From positions 32,001-96,000 of the IMG/VR virus record IMGVR_UViG_3300028840_003271: a DNA stretch of 64,000 nt, one strand, 5' to 3'. Positions 19,698-29,702 of the stretch are shown one piece after another; the stretch's first letter is position 1; every line of letters begins with the position of its first letter. Source of the stretch: a virus. A program made the translations under genes and the position numbers. The notes beneath the pieces are model-generated. The model was not told the origin of the DNA. It saw only the letters and a list, made by a program, of their open reading frames with translations, and ran no database searches.

Positions 19698-21779
19698 TTA
19701 AGACTGATTTTTATCTACAAGATTAATATAATCTATCCAATCTGATGAAGATGGAGAATTATATAAAACACATGCTAATAGGGGATATTTTTCAAGTAAG
19801 ATTTGTTCATTTAATCCAAAATCTCGTGCTTGAATATCTTGGTCAAAAATTATACAACGTAATTTACTAAGTGACTGTAATTCGGATTGTAATTTACTAT
19901 ATTGTTTTTCGTATTTTCTACTTTTCTCCATAAGTTGTTTAAATAAACCACTAGACAATAATAAACTGTTTTTATCATCGAGAATTTTGCTAAAAATATC
20001 TCTTAAATTTTTGAAATTGTGTCTATAGACATAATACTCCAATAGTTCTTGTAAATTGTGTTTTTTCAAATAATCATTATATTGTTTTTCTAACCACTTC
20101 CAAAAACTTTCACAGACATGTGTATTAGATACATTCTTAACAAACTTATCTGCATAAGCATTTTTTACTCCTATAATTGGTGGTATGGAAATTTTTAGAT
20201 TTTTCAAATTATTTATAATATCTGTAATTCGATTTGGTAATATTGTTGGTGTTTTTAGTGGTGGTTTAATTACTTTATAGTTTGCAATTGGTATGTAAAG
20301 AAAATCTTTAACATCAGATAAATTAACATCTTTCCAACAAGGTTTTATACAACGACGATAAAACGAACGATTAGCATCAAATATATAATATTTATCTCTA
20401 TTTACCATTATTGTATTGTTTGTATTTTTCTTACGAGATGGTTTTGGTAAAGTGCTACTAAATATTAATTGAGAAAAAGGAATACCTACTGTTAGACAAA
20501 AATCTTTAAGGGATTTGTCGTCATATTCACTAATAACGTAAATATGGTCATATTTTCCAGAATTTAATAATTCTTTTGAGCGAACAAACGGACCAGCACT
20601 ATCGTTGACTACAAATCCTACTTTAGACCAAGCAACAATTTGACTTGGTTTATGTGTCAATTGGTGAGTCTTGTTTAAATGTTTAACTTTTACTGGTAAA
20701 TTTCGACACTTAATAAAGTGATTTGCATTTTGACCTTGCCATTGAGCATCGTTTAATAATGTTCGAATAAATCCAGAATTTGCATTATTATATTTTGAGC
20801 GTACAAATTGTCTCGCTTCCCATAAAGTTTTACATTTTAATATACCGTTCGTAACTTGTGATGAAATTTCAGACTTTACTTTATCCAATTTCGATTTAAT
20901 ATTATCTACTGTGTGTGAATTATATTGTAGTCCTTCACGAGAAACATTAACATCAAGTTTTCCAAGATTAAAATACAAATCAAGATTAGTATTTAGTATT
21001 GAATAATAACCTGAGTGATAATTACCAAATTTATCGTTATGTTTTTCTATTGGATAAGCGACATTACCCATAATAGCATTAACAGTTTGTGGATATGTAT
21101 TTTCATACATTTTCCAATCTTTATCTTTACCTTCAAACACTACCGATTTATTTTCTATAGGTATTGTTGGATGGGTTTTTGGAATTGGAGAAAATCTTTC
21201 TACAACTTGCTTTGCCTTTTTTTGAAATAAAGACACATCACTACTTTTAACTCCAAAAGAAATTTCCACACCATTACCATCTCCGTTAGCTGACGCTTCT
21301 CCTAGTTTATGTAGTGTTGGTAATCCACGACTATCTTTAGCAACCACATATGTTGTAGAAATTCCATTATATCTTGAAATTATTGTAAAACTATCAGTAT
21401 AAGCAAGTGGTGATTTACTACCCAATCCCATACATCCAATTAACTCGTTTGTATGAGTTTTATCTGATAATCCATATACTGTGTATATATTATGAATATC
21501 TTCTGAAGATAAACCAGTTCCAAAATCTTTTACTTTGAAAACTGGATCATTACATGTTGGTAAAGTAATTTCAAACGGAATTTCTTTTTTACCTGCTGTT
21601 ATATGACTATCATAAGCATTTGTTGCTAGTTCACGAATTGGTGCTAGAATTTTGTCAGAATAAAGACTGTCACTTAAAAGTTGCATAAGATGTGGAGTAT
21701 TGGCAACACGAAAATTGATACTTTCTTCGTGATTAATACCAGATGTTTTTATTCCACTTGATGGTGTAGAAATTTTCAC
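19698..21779 (-). CDS. rIIA: rIIA-like protein (GHKL ATPase N-terminus)
   Basis: LYSD...PIREL.TNAYDS, DFGTGLS, GCMGLGSKSP.AY, MGNVAYP and SREGL.Y. Confidence 0.85.
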   Translation of the reverse strand: MKISTPSSGIKTSGINHEESINFRVANTPHLMQLLSDSLYSDKILAPIRELATNAYDSHITAGKKEIPFEITLPTCNDPVFKVKDFGTGLSSEDIHNIYTVYGLSDKTHTNELIGCMGLGSKSPLAYTDSFTIISRYNGISTTYVVAKDSRGLPTLHKLGEASANGDGNGVEISFGVKSSDVSLFQKKAKQVVERFSPIPKTHPTIPIENKSVVFEGKDKDWKMYENTYPQTVNAIMGNVAYPIEKHNDKFGNYHSGYYSILNTNLDLYFNLGKLDVNVSREGLQYNSHTVDNIKSKLDKVKSEISSQVTNGILKCKTLWEARQFVRSKYNNANSGFIRTLLNDAQWQGQNANHFIKCRNLPVKVKHLNKTHQLTHKPSQIVAWSKVGFVVNDSAGPFVRSKELLNSGKYDHIYVISEYDDKSLKDFCLTVGIPFSQLIFSSTLPKPSRKKNTNNTIMVNRDKYYIFDANRSFYRRCIKPCWKDVNLSDVKDFLYIPIANYKVIKPPLKTPTILPNRITDIINNLKNLKISIPPIIGVKNAYADKFVKNVSNTHVCESFWKWLEKQYNDYLKKHNLQELLEYYVYRHNFKNLRDIFSKILDDKNSLLLSSGLFKQLMEKSRKYEKQYSKLQSELQSLSKLRCIIFDQDIQARDFGLNEQILLEKYPLLACVLYNSPSSSDWIDYINLVDKNQS

Positions 21780-21831
21780 TACACTTCTCCAACTAAAGAA
21801 AAATTATTGAGAATAAAAATAATATACACAA

Positions 21832-22341
21832 TTAAAAAGGTATTTCTGCGTCGTTCAGTCTGTCTTTAAGTTTGTTAAAATCGTTTTCAGTTAAATAGTG
21901 TATAGTAAAACTGCTTTCGCTATTAATACCATTTAAATTACAATCTTCAGAACGAACATTTTCTAAAACTATATCTGGAAATCCGTTTCTTGAAATAGTA
22001 ATTGTTAATTCTGTTTCTAGTTGTGGAGAAATGGCATAAATTGTATCACCAACAATATAAACGTTATATCCATCGTATTGATAATCGGTTTTTATTTTTC
22101 CTGAATAATTAAACGGAAGCGAAGATATTGATACAGATTTCCAATCTTGGATTTCTTTTAAATTGCAAATTTTATGGACATAAAAATTACGATAACCATT
22201 GGAAAGAAAATCCCATACTCGAACAAGTTTAGTATTAGGAGTATCATCATAAGATTCTGTTATAGAAAATACAATAAATAATCTTTTTTTTGATCTATAG
22301 ATTCCAGAATAGATTCTATTTTTTTCAATTTGAACTGACAT
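21832..22341 (-). CDS. Hypothetical protein (possible WYL/SH3-like fold)
   Basis: VWDF...GYRNF...KI pattern. Confidence 0.45.
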   Translation of the reverse strand: MSVQIEKNRIYSGIYRSKKRLFIVFSITESYDDTPNTKLVRVWDFLSNGYRNFYVHKICNLKEIQDWKSVSISSLPFNYSGKIKTDYQYDGYNVYIVGDTIYAISPQLETELTITISRNGFPDIVLENVRSEDCNLNGINSESSFTIHYLTENDFNKLKDRLNDAEIPF

Positions 22342-22363
22342 TTTTTTCTCCTTTAATTTTTAT

Positions 22364-23374
22364 TTAAGATGCCAATGACAAAGCAGTTTTTAAAGCCTTA
22401 TCATTAAGTTTAAGACCAGTACCAAACCACAAATTGTTAAGACGATTATTATTTCGTCCAAGTTCATAATTTAAATACTCATTTACACCAGAATATGCAC
22501 TCCAATAAGTATTACGAATTACTGGATTAGTATTACCTCGTCCAGTTTCACAGAGTTCAATAATACGATTAATTTTGTTCTTAGTTCTTGTTTTAATTTT
22601 TTCGTCAGGAATTTCATCTACATCCAAGACGAGTTTGACATACTTTCTTAAATCTTTAGTGTTAATTTGTTTAGTAGCCAAGTAAGCATACTTTTCTGCC
22701 GTAGCTTCAAATTCAGCATCTACAGTATTCATAATATCTCGAATATCATTTAGGTTGTTGTGTAATTGACTAGTATGTCTTACTCTCAATAATTTAGAAG
22801 AATTATTACTATGAGCAAACCCCAAAGTGTTCGAGCACACAACGCGTATTGGTGTATATCCTACTCTAACAGCAGAACTTCCATCATGTGAGTTTGACAG
22901 AAGAATAAATTTACACACTTCATCATTTTTAGCAACAATTGATGGTTTCTTATTGAGTTGTGCCAAAACCCAAACCTTTGAACCACCACAAAGACTGCCG
23001 GCAGTATGTAAACTACACAATTTAGCATCCAAAAATGGTTGAAACCATTCAAAAGCCTCCTTGTTTTGTAATGGATTATAAGAAGGTCCAACTACTCCCA
23101 ATACTTTATTATCTGTTGAACGAACTACTGCTTGAGAACGAACATTTGGTTTTACTTCAGGAGTATCACAAAATTGGTCAAGTTTATGAGCATAGTTAAC
23201 CGCTGATTGTGCTTGTGGAAGTGTAACCAAATTTTGAAGCTTTACTTCCCAATCCATTCCTGATTTTTCCAATCCCTTTTTAATCGAAAGATTTTCTCCT
23301 TCAGGAATATAGGTTCCTTCACCATGCCACGGAGTTTTTCCAACAAACATCATACTTTCAACTTCTGCTGACAT
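22364..23374 (-). CDS. DUF932/DUF945 family phage protein
   Basis: TPWHG.G, LGVVG..Y.PLQN.EAF, TAGSL.GG, NSHDGS, TPIRVVCSNT and RHT. Confidence 0.9.
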   Translation of the reverse strand: MSAEVESMMFVGKTPWHGEGTYIPEGENLSIKKGLEKSGMDWEVKLQNLVTLPQAQSAVNYAHKLDQFCDTPEVKPNVRSQAVVRSTDNKVLGVVGPSYNPLQNKEAFEWFQPFLDAKLCSLHTAGSLCGGSKVWVLAQLNKKPSIVAKNDEVCKFILLSNSHDGSSAVRVGYTPIRVVCSNTLGFAHSNNSSKLLRVRHTSQLHNNLNDIRDIMNTVDAEFEATAEKYAYLATKQINTKDLRKYVKLVLDVDEIPDEKIKTRTKNKINRIIELCETGRGNTNPVIRNTYWSAYSGVNEYLNYELGRNNNRLNNLWFGTGLKLNDKALKTALSLAS

Positions 23375-23439
23375 CTTACTTTCTCCTATATTTAAGAGAA
23401 TAAAAAATTAAAACATCAATGGATAACGAATACACACAA

Positions 23440-24036
23440 TTATTTTTCTTTCATTAATTTAACAGGACTAAGGGATGGATGAAAACTAAACTCGACTCCA
23501 TCTTTATGCTTTTCATTTATTGAACAATAATAACTTCCCCAATTTGTTCTTCCTTGATGAGAATCCAATTCTATTGATCGTTTTCTATCAAATACTTCTT
23601 TGATTAAACAACATCCACACATTTCGGCACATTTTTCAAGTAAAGGTAAAGAAAAAGCATATCCACCATAATAACTTTTTCCAACTATTAGTGTTACTTC
23701 ACTACAAGGTCCAAATTCTTGTTGGTTTACACAACTTGCTCGACTAGACCACGGACCTTTCAATATCTTATCAGTTCCATTTTTCATTTTAATGTTAAAG
23801 TGACACCCTCCAAATCCATTTCCAGGTCGTTTATAATAGAAAAATTTATAAATTCCTTCATATTCTGCTACGTATAATCCATTTTTTTCTTCAAAAATAA
23901 AATTATCCGGTTCTGGTATCTTATCTACCAAAACCTCAAATGTAGGTGAGTTAGCGTAATCTTTATACCAACGAACTCTACAATTTATAATTTTCATGCT
24001 TCCGATCTTTACATGAGAGAATAGACATATGTACAC
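23440..24036 (-). CDS. Conserved-looking phage hypothetical protein
   Basis: GFGG..F.I.M..G....LKGPWSS motif; probable start at MKIINC. Confidence 0.6.
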   Translation of the reverse strand: MYICLFSHVKIGSMKIINCRVRWYKDYANSPTFEVLVDKIPEPDNFIFEEKNGLYVAEYEGIYKFFYYKRPGNGFGGCHFNIKMKNGTDKILKGPWSSRASCVNQQEFGPCSEVTLIVGKSYYGGYAFSLPLLEKCAEMCGCCLIKEVFDRKRSIELDSHQGRTNWGSYYCSINEKHKDGVEFSFHPSLSPVKLMKEK

Positions 24037-24460
24037 TCAAATCCCTTATGAGAATATCTTCATATTTATTATGGTAACAATTGGAACATATATACCGTTC
24101 TTGTTCTTCTTTGTAATTATAGTCACTAATCATATTAGTTTCGTAAAAGATTTTAAAACAAATTGGACAAGTTCTTAAACTGTTTATGTCTATGTCTATA
24201 TTCATTTGAATTCGTTTTTCAAACTCGTTCTTAGTTTCATTGTCCTTCATATTACAATATTCTTGACCTAAATAAACTGAACTAGGATAATTATTTGGAT
24301 CACCATAAAAGAAACAAACACCCAATTCTTTAAGAATTAAACCCTTTTCTTGTGCTAACTCTTCTACTCTTTCGTCAAATTCAGATTCTTTTGAACTAAT
24401 ACCAAAAATAGTAAAACTGGTTGAATTGGAATTAGATACAAAACCCTGTCTAATTTTCAT
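23978..24460 (-). CDS. NSS-motif protein 5 (possibly fused to a CxxC domain)
   Basis: N-terminus MKIRQGFVSNSNSTSF; C-terminal CPIC...CSNC. Confidence 0.75.
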   Translation of the reverse strand: MKIRQGFVSNSNSTSFTIFGISSKESEFDERVEELAQEKGLILKELGVCFFYGDPNNYPSSVYLGQEYCNMKDNETKNEFEKRIQMNIDIDINSLRTCPICFKIFYETNMISDYNYKEEQERYICSNCYHNKYEDILIRDLSVHMSILSCKDRKHENYKL

Positions 24461-24561
24461 AATTTTTTCCTTCTTATTGTGTTAGAAAATCAACTACTTC
24501 GTGTGAAAAATTTAACTTTTGTGCTACATATAAAAATAATGAGTGTCTGCTGTAAAATATA

Positions 24562-24855
24562 TCACATACTCTCTCCTTCCACATGTTCTAAATTTACTCC
24601 AATACTTTGAAGATATTCGTTTACTTTATTTATATCGTGTTGTTCCATTACTCCATGAAAATAATATTTTCCATTTACAATAAAAGTTTCTGTACTTAAT
24701 CTTTTTGTCCAGTCTACATTTTTATCGTTTGCTAAATCTTTTTGATATTTTAACCACTTATCAAACAAAACTATTTGTTTTTCTGTTATAAAGTTTTTAC
24801 CAAGCACAAAACTCGACGACGACGAATTACTTACAAATCCACTTCTAATCTTCAT
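24562..24855 (-). CDS. NSS-motif protein 4
   Basis: N-terminus MKIRSGFVSNSSSSSF. Confidence 0.8.
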   Translation of the reverse strand: MKIRSGFVSNSSSSSFVLGKNFITEKQIVLFDKWLKYQKDLANDKNVDWTKRLSTETFIVNGKYYFHGVMEQHDINKVNEYLQSIGVNLEHVEGESM

Positions 24856-25321
24856 TTAAGAAATCCTCAATAGGTATTTTGTGATAACCCACTTTAATTG
24901 CTTCTGTATTCAAATCATTATAAGCACCATATGTTTCCATATATGTTCCATAATTATATGCTTTAATAACGTAATCATCTTTATTACAATAAAAAATATG
25001 TTCATGACCATAATGACAACAAGCACTAAATGAAATTTTATTCTCGATAAGAAACTTAATTATATCATCTTGATTACAAACTACACTATATATTAATGAA
25101 TTAGCATCGTTTGGTAAAACTTTATTTTTATCGTATAAAAATCCGTGTTCAAGATGAGAAGGATGTAAACAACTAGAAAACACAAAACCATAATCTAATA
25201 ATTTTTGTGTTTGTAATGGTGTTAAATTGTTTAATAAATTATCTGTATGAAAAAAACCTTTAATCTTTACTACAAATGATGAAGACGAACTATTTGATAC
25301 AAATCCTTGTCTAATTTTCAT
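24845..25321 (-). CDS. NSS-motif protein 3
   Basis: N-terminus MKIRQGFVSNSSSSSF. Confidence 0.8.
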   Translation of the reverse strand: MKIRQGFVSNSSSSSFVVKIKGFFHTDNLLNNLTPLQTQKLLDYGFVFSSCLHPSHLEHGFLYDKNKVLPNDANSLIYSVVCNQDDIIKFLIENKISFSACCHYGHEHIFYCNKDDYVIKAYNYGTYMETYGAYNDLNTEAIKVGYHKIPIEDFLNED

Positions 25322-25330
25322 TCTTAACTC

Positions 25331-25831
25331 CTAATAATTATCATTGTCTGTTTGAATATAACTATCTTCAGAAAAAAGAAACTTTTCAAGAATTTCGTCA
25401 CTATCAAAGATTTCCATATTTTGATTTTCAGAAGCATTAGATTCGTGGTCAATATATCCATGTTGTTCAGAATTCCAATCATTCCAGCTAGATGGCCAAA
25501 TGAACGCTTTAATTGATGGAATATTTTTTACTAATACTTTTTCTAACATTGACAAATATTGATTACTATATATACTGTTTTCATTATAATTTCTTTTTGG
25601 TTCAGCATATTGACTTTGATAAAAAGCCCATAGAACTTTTGAACCCAAATCATAATACTTTTCAGGGTCCCACCCAAATTCTTTAGTACCAAATATTTTG
25701 TGAACATCAAGAACACCCATTGTATCAACATATTCATCAAACTTTTTAATAAAATTAGTGCTAATTTTACGTCCAACACATACAAAACTTGACGATGATG
25801 AATTACTAACAAAACCATTACGAATTTTCAT
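25331..25831 (-). CDS. NSS-motif protein 2
   Basis: N-terminus MKIRNGFVSNSSSSSF; also EFGW, GYIDHES and C-terminal TDNDN. Confidence 0.8.
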   Translation of the reverse strand: MKIRNGFVSNSSSSSFVCVGRKISTNFIKKFDEYVDTMGVLDVHKIFGTKEFGWDPEKYYDLGSKVLWAFYQSQYAEPKRNYNENSIYSNQYLSMLEKVLVKNIPSIKAFIWPSSWNDWNSEQHGYIDHESNASENQNMEIFDSDEILEKFLFSEDSYIQTDNDNY

Positions 25832-25849
25832 TTTATTTCTCCCTAATTT

Positions 25850-26893
25850 TTACTCCAAGTTATAAACAAAACAGCTTCGACCATTATTTAAAAGACGACG
25901 ACGCCATTTAATCAGACGTGGATTGGTCCACACATCTTTATGAAAGTCGTTACAGTTTAAAATATCAATGCCTTGCTCCCATTCTGACTCACCTTCAACA
26001 AACGAACACGGAAATCCAAAACCGTTACAATTAATGTAAAATGAAAATAGTGAACTTTCACAAGGTTCCACATATTCGCTCAGTTTGTCATAGTTTGGTC
26101 TGTCTTTAATTGCTGACAAATATATTCCAGCAGAACAGGAATCGAAACCATAAGCAACTCCTAATTGTTCACATAATTGAATAAGTTCACGATATTTATT
26201 AACATCTCGAAGGCTATGATAACCGGACTGTTTACCTTTACCTTTTGGTTTAAATTGTAAAAATACAATAGCATTTAATTTTGACAGACGAGAATCGGTA
26301 GAAATATCTTGTACAACCTGTTTTGCTTTTTCAAAAGTTTCTTCTGCTAATACAAAGTGGATATTAACTTGTTTCATTCCAACATCGGTAAACTTTTGTA
26401 TAGCATTATAGCTTGATTCCTTGTTAACAATACTTACTGCTACAGCACCCAATAATTGAGATGCTTTTTGAGCAACTTCATCAGTTACACCTAATCCATT
26501 ACAAGTAAGATTTGGAATTACTCCTTTTTCTTCTCTTAAAAATTGACAAATTTGCCAAAGTTTAGGATGGCTATCAATATCACAAATACCCAAGGCAACT
26601 TGACACACCGTGTTTGGAATTTTACTCCACAACTTTCTAAAAGTTTTCAAACTCATATATCGTCGTAACTCATTACTACCATTAGACTTATAACACCACC
26701 GACAATTTCCTGAACAGTACCCCTCACTAATTTCAATGTCTAAAAGTTCAACCGATGGAGCATATTGTGGATCATCTTCTTTTGTTTCTCCCCAACGAGC
26801 AAAAAAACCATTCTTTTTTGAGAAGAAAAAATTATAGTCGGGTGAAATGCAAATCTTACATTGTGGATAATCAAGAATTTGCACATTATTCAT
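25850..26893 (-). CDS. Radical SAM protein with C-terminal SPASM/twitch-like Cys motifs
   Basis: CSGNCRWCY (CX3CX2C), PNLTCNG, GAVAVS, GFDSC, CESSLFSFYI...G...PCSF and terminal RSC; start moved to ATG 26893 (MNNVQ). Confidence 0.85.
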   Translation of the reverse strand: MNNVQILDYPQCKICISPDYNFFFSKKNGFFARWGETKEDDPQYAPSVELLDIEISEGYCSGNCRWCYKSNGSNELRRYMSLKTFRKLWSKIPNTVCQVALGICDIDSHPKLWQICQFLREEKGVIPNLTCNGLGVTDEVAQKASQLLGAVAVSIVNKESSYNAIQKFTDVGMKQVNIHFVLAEETFEKAKQVVQDISTDSRLSKLNAIVFLQFKPKGKGKQSGYHSLRDVNKYRELIQLCEQLGVAYGFDSCSAGIYLSAIKDRPNYDKLSEYVEPCESSLFSFYINCNGFGFPCSFVEGESEWEQGIDILNCNDFHKDVWTNPRLIKWRRRLLNNGRSCFVYNLE

Positions 26894-26894
26894 T

Positions 26895-27266
26895 TTAGTC
26901 ATCCAAATTAATAAGAACAATTGAACCAGAATCAGCAAGTTGCTGTAACTTAGTATTTAGATATTCATCATAGTAACTAATATCTGCTTGAATAAAATAA
27001 TAATCTGGATATTGACTTACTGTTTGAACAATTTCATCACCTTTGATGTAAAAATCAATCATACCATCTTTAATTTTATGTCTAAAAATGTCATTATCAT
27101 ATTCAATACTTGTTTTATTATAACGATAACTATGTGTTTCAATTAAGTCTTTAATATCTACAGATGTAGATTGACCACAAGTTGGACAAGCTTTACTTTC
27201 TTGTGGATAACCAATAACGAATGAGGATGAACTACTGTTACTTACAAATCCTGATCTAATTTTCAT
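26895..27266 (-). CDS. NSS-motif protein 1
   Basis: N-terminus MKIRSGFVSNSSSSSF followed by CPTCG. Confidence 0.8.
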   Translation of the reverse strand: MKIRSGFVSNSSSSSFVIGYPQESKACPTCGQSTSVDIKDLIETHSYRYNKTSIEYDNDIFRHKIKDGMIDFYIKGDEIVQTVSQYPDYYFIQADISYYDEYLNTKLQQLADSGSIVLINLDD

Positions 27267-27283
27267 TTTATTTCTTCTTTTTT

Positions 27284-27787
27284 TTAATTAACAACTAAAA
27301 TTTGAATATTACTATATTGATGAATATTATCTATTTCTGTAATAGGAACGTTTTTGACTAATTCGGTTTCATCATAAACAGCTTTAATAGAATTGTGACT
27401 ATATTTGGACACACATAATATGTTATCATTAATTTTATATATATGATAATTTTGTTTAAAATTAGGAATTTGGACAGAACTTGTTATTGAATGAATATGT
27501 ACTAAATCATTTTTAATTTCTTGATTTACCATAATAGAATAACCATGTCTAATGGATCCATGTTTTGTTTTTAATTTCGGATATATTTCAAAATATCTTG
27601 TTGTATAAGGACAAATATTTAATTTTGCTATATGAAAATTATTTTCGTCTAAAATTAGAAGAAATAGATTTAAACTATCTGTATGAGCAACATAACTAAA
27701 CTGTTGTTCAGAACTAAATTCCATATGAAAAAGTGATACTGGACGATATCCACATTCACTCGGCAACACATGTTCTAATAGTTTCAT
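27284..27787 (-). CDS. Hypothetical protein
   Basis: ORF in operon. Confidence 0.5.
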   Translation of the reverse strand: MKLLEHVLPSECGYRPVSLFHMEFSSEQQFSYVAHTDSLNLFLLILDENNFHIAKLNICPYTTRYFEIYPKLKTKHGSIRHGYSIMVNQEIKNDLVHIHSITSSVQIPNFKQNYHIYKINDNILCVSKYSHNSIKAVYDETELVKNVPITEIDNIHQYSNIQILVVN

Positions 27788-28013
27788 TACATGTTTCCTT
27801 TTTGTTTCTAGTTACATAACAAGTGTTTTTGGTTTCAGGAAATTTAGTGGTTGCGTTTGTAATACTCAAAGTTTTTATTTTAGTAGAATTTGTAATTTTT
27901 TCTTTTTTTGAAGAAACGGTTTTATTATTTGTTAAAAATTTTAATATATCACTATTTGTAATGTTAAATACTGGTGTACTACTATTACTAATAAAATTAA
28001 CACGAACTTTTAT
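27756..28013 (-). pseudogene. Degenerate sixth NSS-motif gene with lost or non-canonical start
   Basis: GGAG, 7 nt, then ATA AAA GTT CGT GTT AAT TTT ATT AGT AAT AGT AGT ACA CCA GTA TTT = (I)KVRVNFISNSSTPVF. Open for 85 codons. ATA overlaps the upstream TAA as ATAA where an ATGA overlap would be expected. Confidence 0.6.
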
Positions 28014-28214
28014 TTTTGTTCTCCGTTAATTGGTAGTCCAGTTTCAGACAGTGGTAATGAACATCCATAAAGCATTTTCCAATCTGGAAATTTATTTTTA
28101 GCATGACTAATAGCAGACTCTATTACCATAGGCATTGGTAGATCATATGTTAAAAAAGACATAGTATTTCGTCTTCCTAATCTAATCCAAAGCAACTTTT
28201 CTTCTTTTTCATTT

Positions 28215-28916
28215 TTATTTTTGTTTTTGTTTGATTTTTTTCCAAACACTGTTAACACCTTTTGGTTGAGTGCCGTGTAACAATAAAGCAAAATTTCCAC
28301 GATTTGTTAAAGCGTGTAATTCAGTAGAACTAACGGGTAAAGATAAAGACCGTGCTGATTTTTTTGTAAATAAAACACGACTATTTTTAAGACGGTATTT
28401 TTCAATTAAAAAGTCGTGAGTTCCTCCATATGATGCTGTTAAAATAAAATTCGGAGGAACTTCACGACGACATTCTATCCAAAACGGCAATGCTTTAGTA
28501 TAAGCATAAAATTTTATATCTGGATGTTTTTCTGCTAGTTTACACGCTGCTTGAAAATATTCCTTTTTGAAAAAATCACCAGCAGTATGAAATCGTATAA
28601 TTGAAGCATCAATAGGAAGTGTGCGGTCCATCAAGTTAGTTAGGTTATTCACACCACGAGTACTTTTTATACACTCAAAATTAGATTTATGGAGAGAAAA
28701 AGTATGTGGATATAACGCTTCCAATGATACAGCATAACATCTAAATTTACACGACGGACTATCTTTTACTTTACGTTGTCCATCTATTATTACTACTTTT
28801 GATTTACAATCTTTAGCAAAAGGACAAGAATATCCCGCTAATAAATCAAGCGAGTAAACCTTTCCTGTAAAAGGAATTTTTTTAAGTTTGGTGTTTGCTG
28901 GACTATATTTTAACAT
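28215..28916 (-). CDS. GP88-family (radical-SAM-related Fe-S) phage protein
   Basis: N.KL.K, LLAGYSCP.A..C...CYA, RFHTAGDFF, FYAYTK, SYGG and FALLLHG.Q. Confidence 0.7.
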   Translation of the reverse strand: MLKYSPANTKLKKIPFTGKVYSLDLLAGYSCPFAKDCKSKVVIIDGQRKVKDSPSCKFRCYAVSLEALYPHTFSLHKSNFECIKSTRGVNNLTNLMDRTLPIDASIIRFHTAGDFFKKEYFQAACKLAEKHPDIKFYAYTKALPFWIECRREVPPNFILTASYGGTHDFLIEKYRLKNSRVLFTKKSARSLSLPVSSTELHALTNRGNFALLLHGTQPKGVNSVWKKIKQKQK

Positions 28917-28918
28917 TT

Positions 28919-29332
28919 TTATTTTATTTTATTCACCTGTAAGTAAAGATTAGTTACAAAAGTGTCTTGTGGACGATTAAAAATTAGATTATGATTCACT
29001 CTTAACCAATCAGACACACAATATAAAAATCCTCCACAACATTTTCTTTTATTATCTACAATTCTAGGAGTGTATCTATATGCTTTTGCCCAAAGGTGTG
29101 AAGGTTGATATGAACACAAAGAAATTGGAATTAAATACTTGTTATTAACACCTGAAGGTTTGCCTTTCCAAAGAGTTAATTTAATTTTTTGTGGCTTACA
29201 TCCTAGCTTTTTAATAAATAGTCTTGGACACAATGTAGTTGTGCCTGAAGAAAAATTCAATCTATATTTTCGGTGTTGCAAATTCGCTACTCGACTAAAC
29301 AATATTTGAGACATTCTATTTCTCCTATACAA
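28919..29332 (-). CDS. Hypothetical protein
   Basis: ORF; the C-terminal LYLQV weakly resembles the 12198/29703 family. Confidence 0.5.
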   Translation of the reverse strand: MYRRNRMSQILFSRVANLQHRKYRLNFSSGTTTLCPRLFIKKLGCKPQKIKLTLWKGKPSGVNNKYLIPISLCSYQPSHLWAKAYRYTPRIVDNKRKCCGGFLYCVSDWLRVNHNLIFNRPQDTFVTNLYLQVNKIK

Positions 29333-29702
29333 TTAGAAATTAATAGATACAATAGATACTAATAGTAACAACTTGTTTGTTTTTGATACAATAGTATTAT
29401 TGAGGGAAAAAAGTATAATGTAAAGATTACCTTACTAATACTATAACTATTTTCTTTCCTCTATAAATACTTTTTATTAGCAGGTTAGAAGTTTTTACTG
29501 GATGATTTATTTTTAGTGGAAGTATAACTTTTTATTGTAACTTTTTTATGATGTTTTTGACAATTTGATACTATATAGATACATATAGAGCGAACATCCT
29601 CTATTATTACAGTACCAACTTTTTGCCAAAAGTGAAGTAGAAAAATGCTAATTTTGTCCAACTTTTACATAAGTTTTACATTTTACCTCTGACGAGGGGG
29701 TG

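Noticed and set aside
23978-27266. Shared 5' ends of NSS genes as DNA recombination sites (integron- or shufflon-like)
   Set aside because: Synonymous and AGY/TCN codon differences show protein-level conservation; no recombinase or attC-like palindromes were seen.
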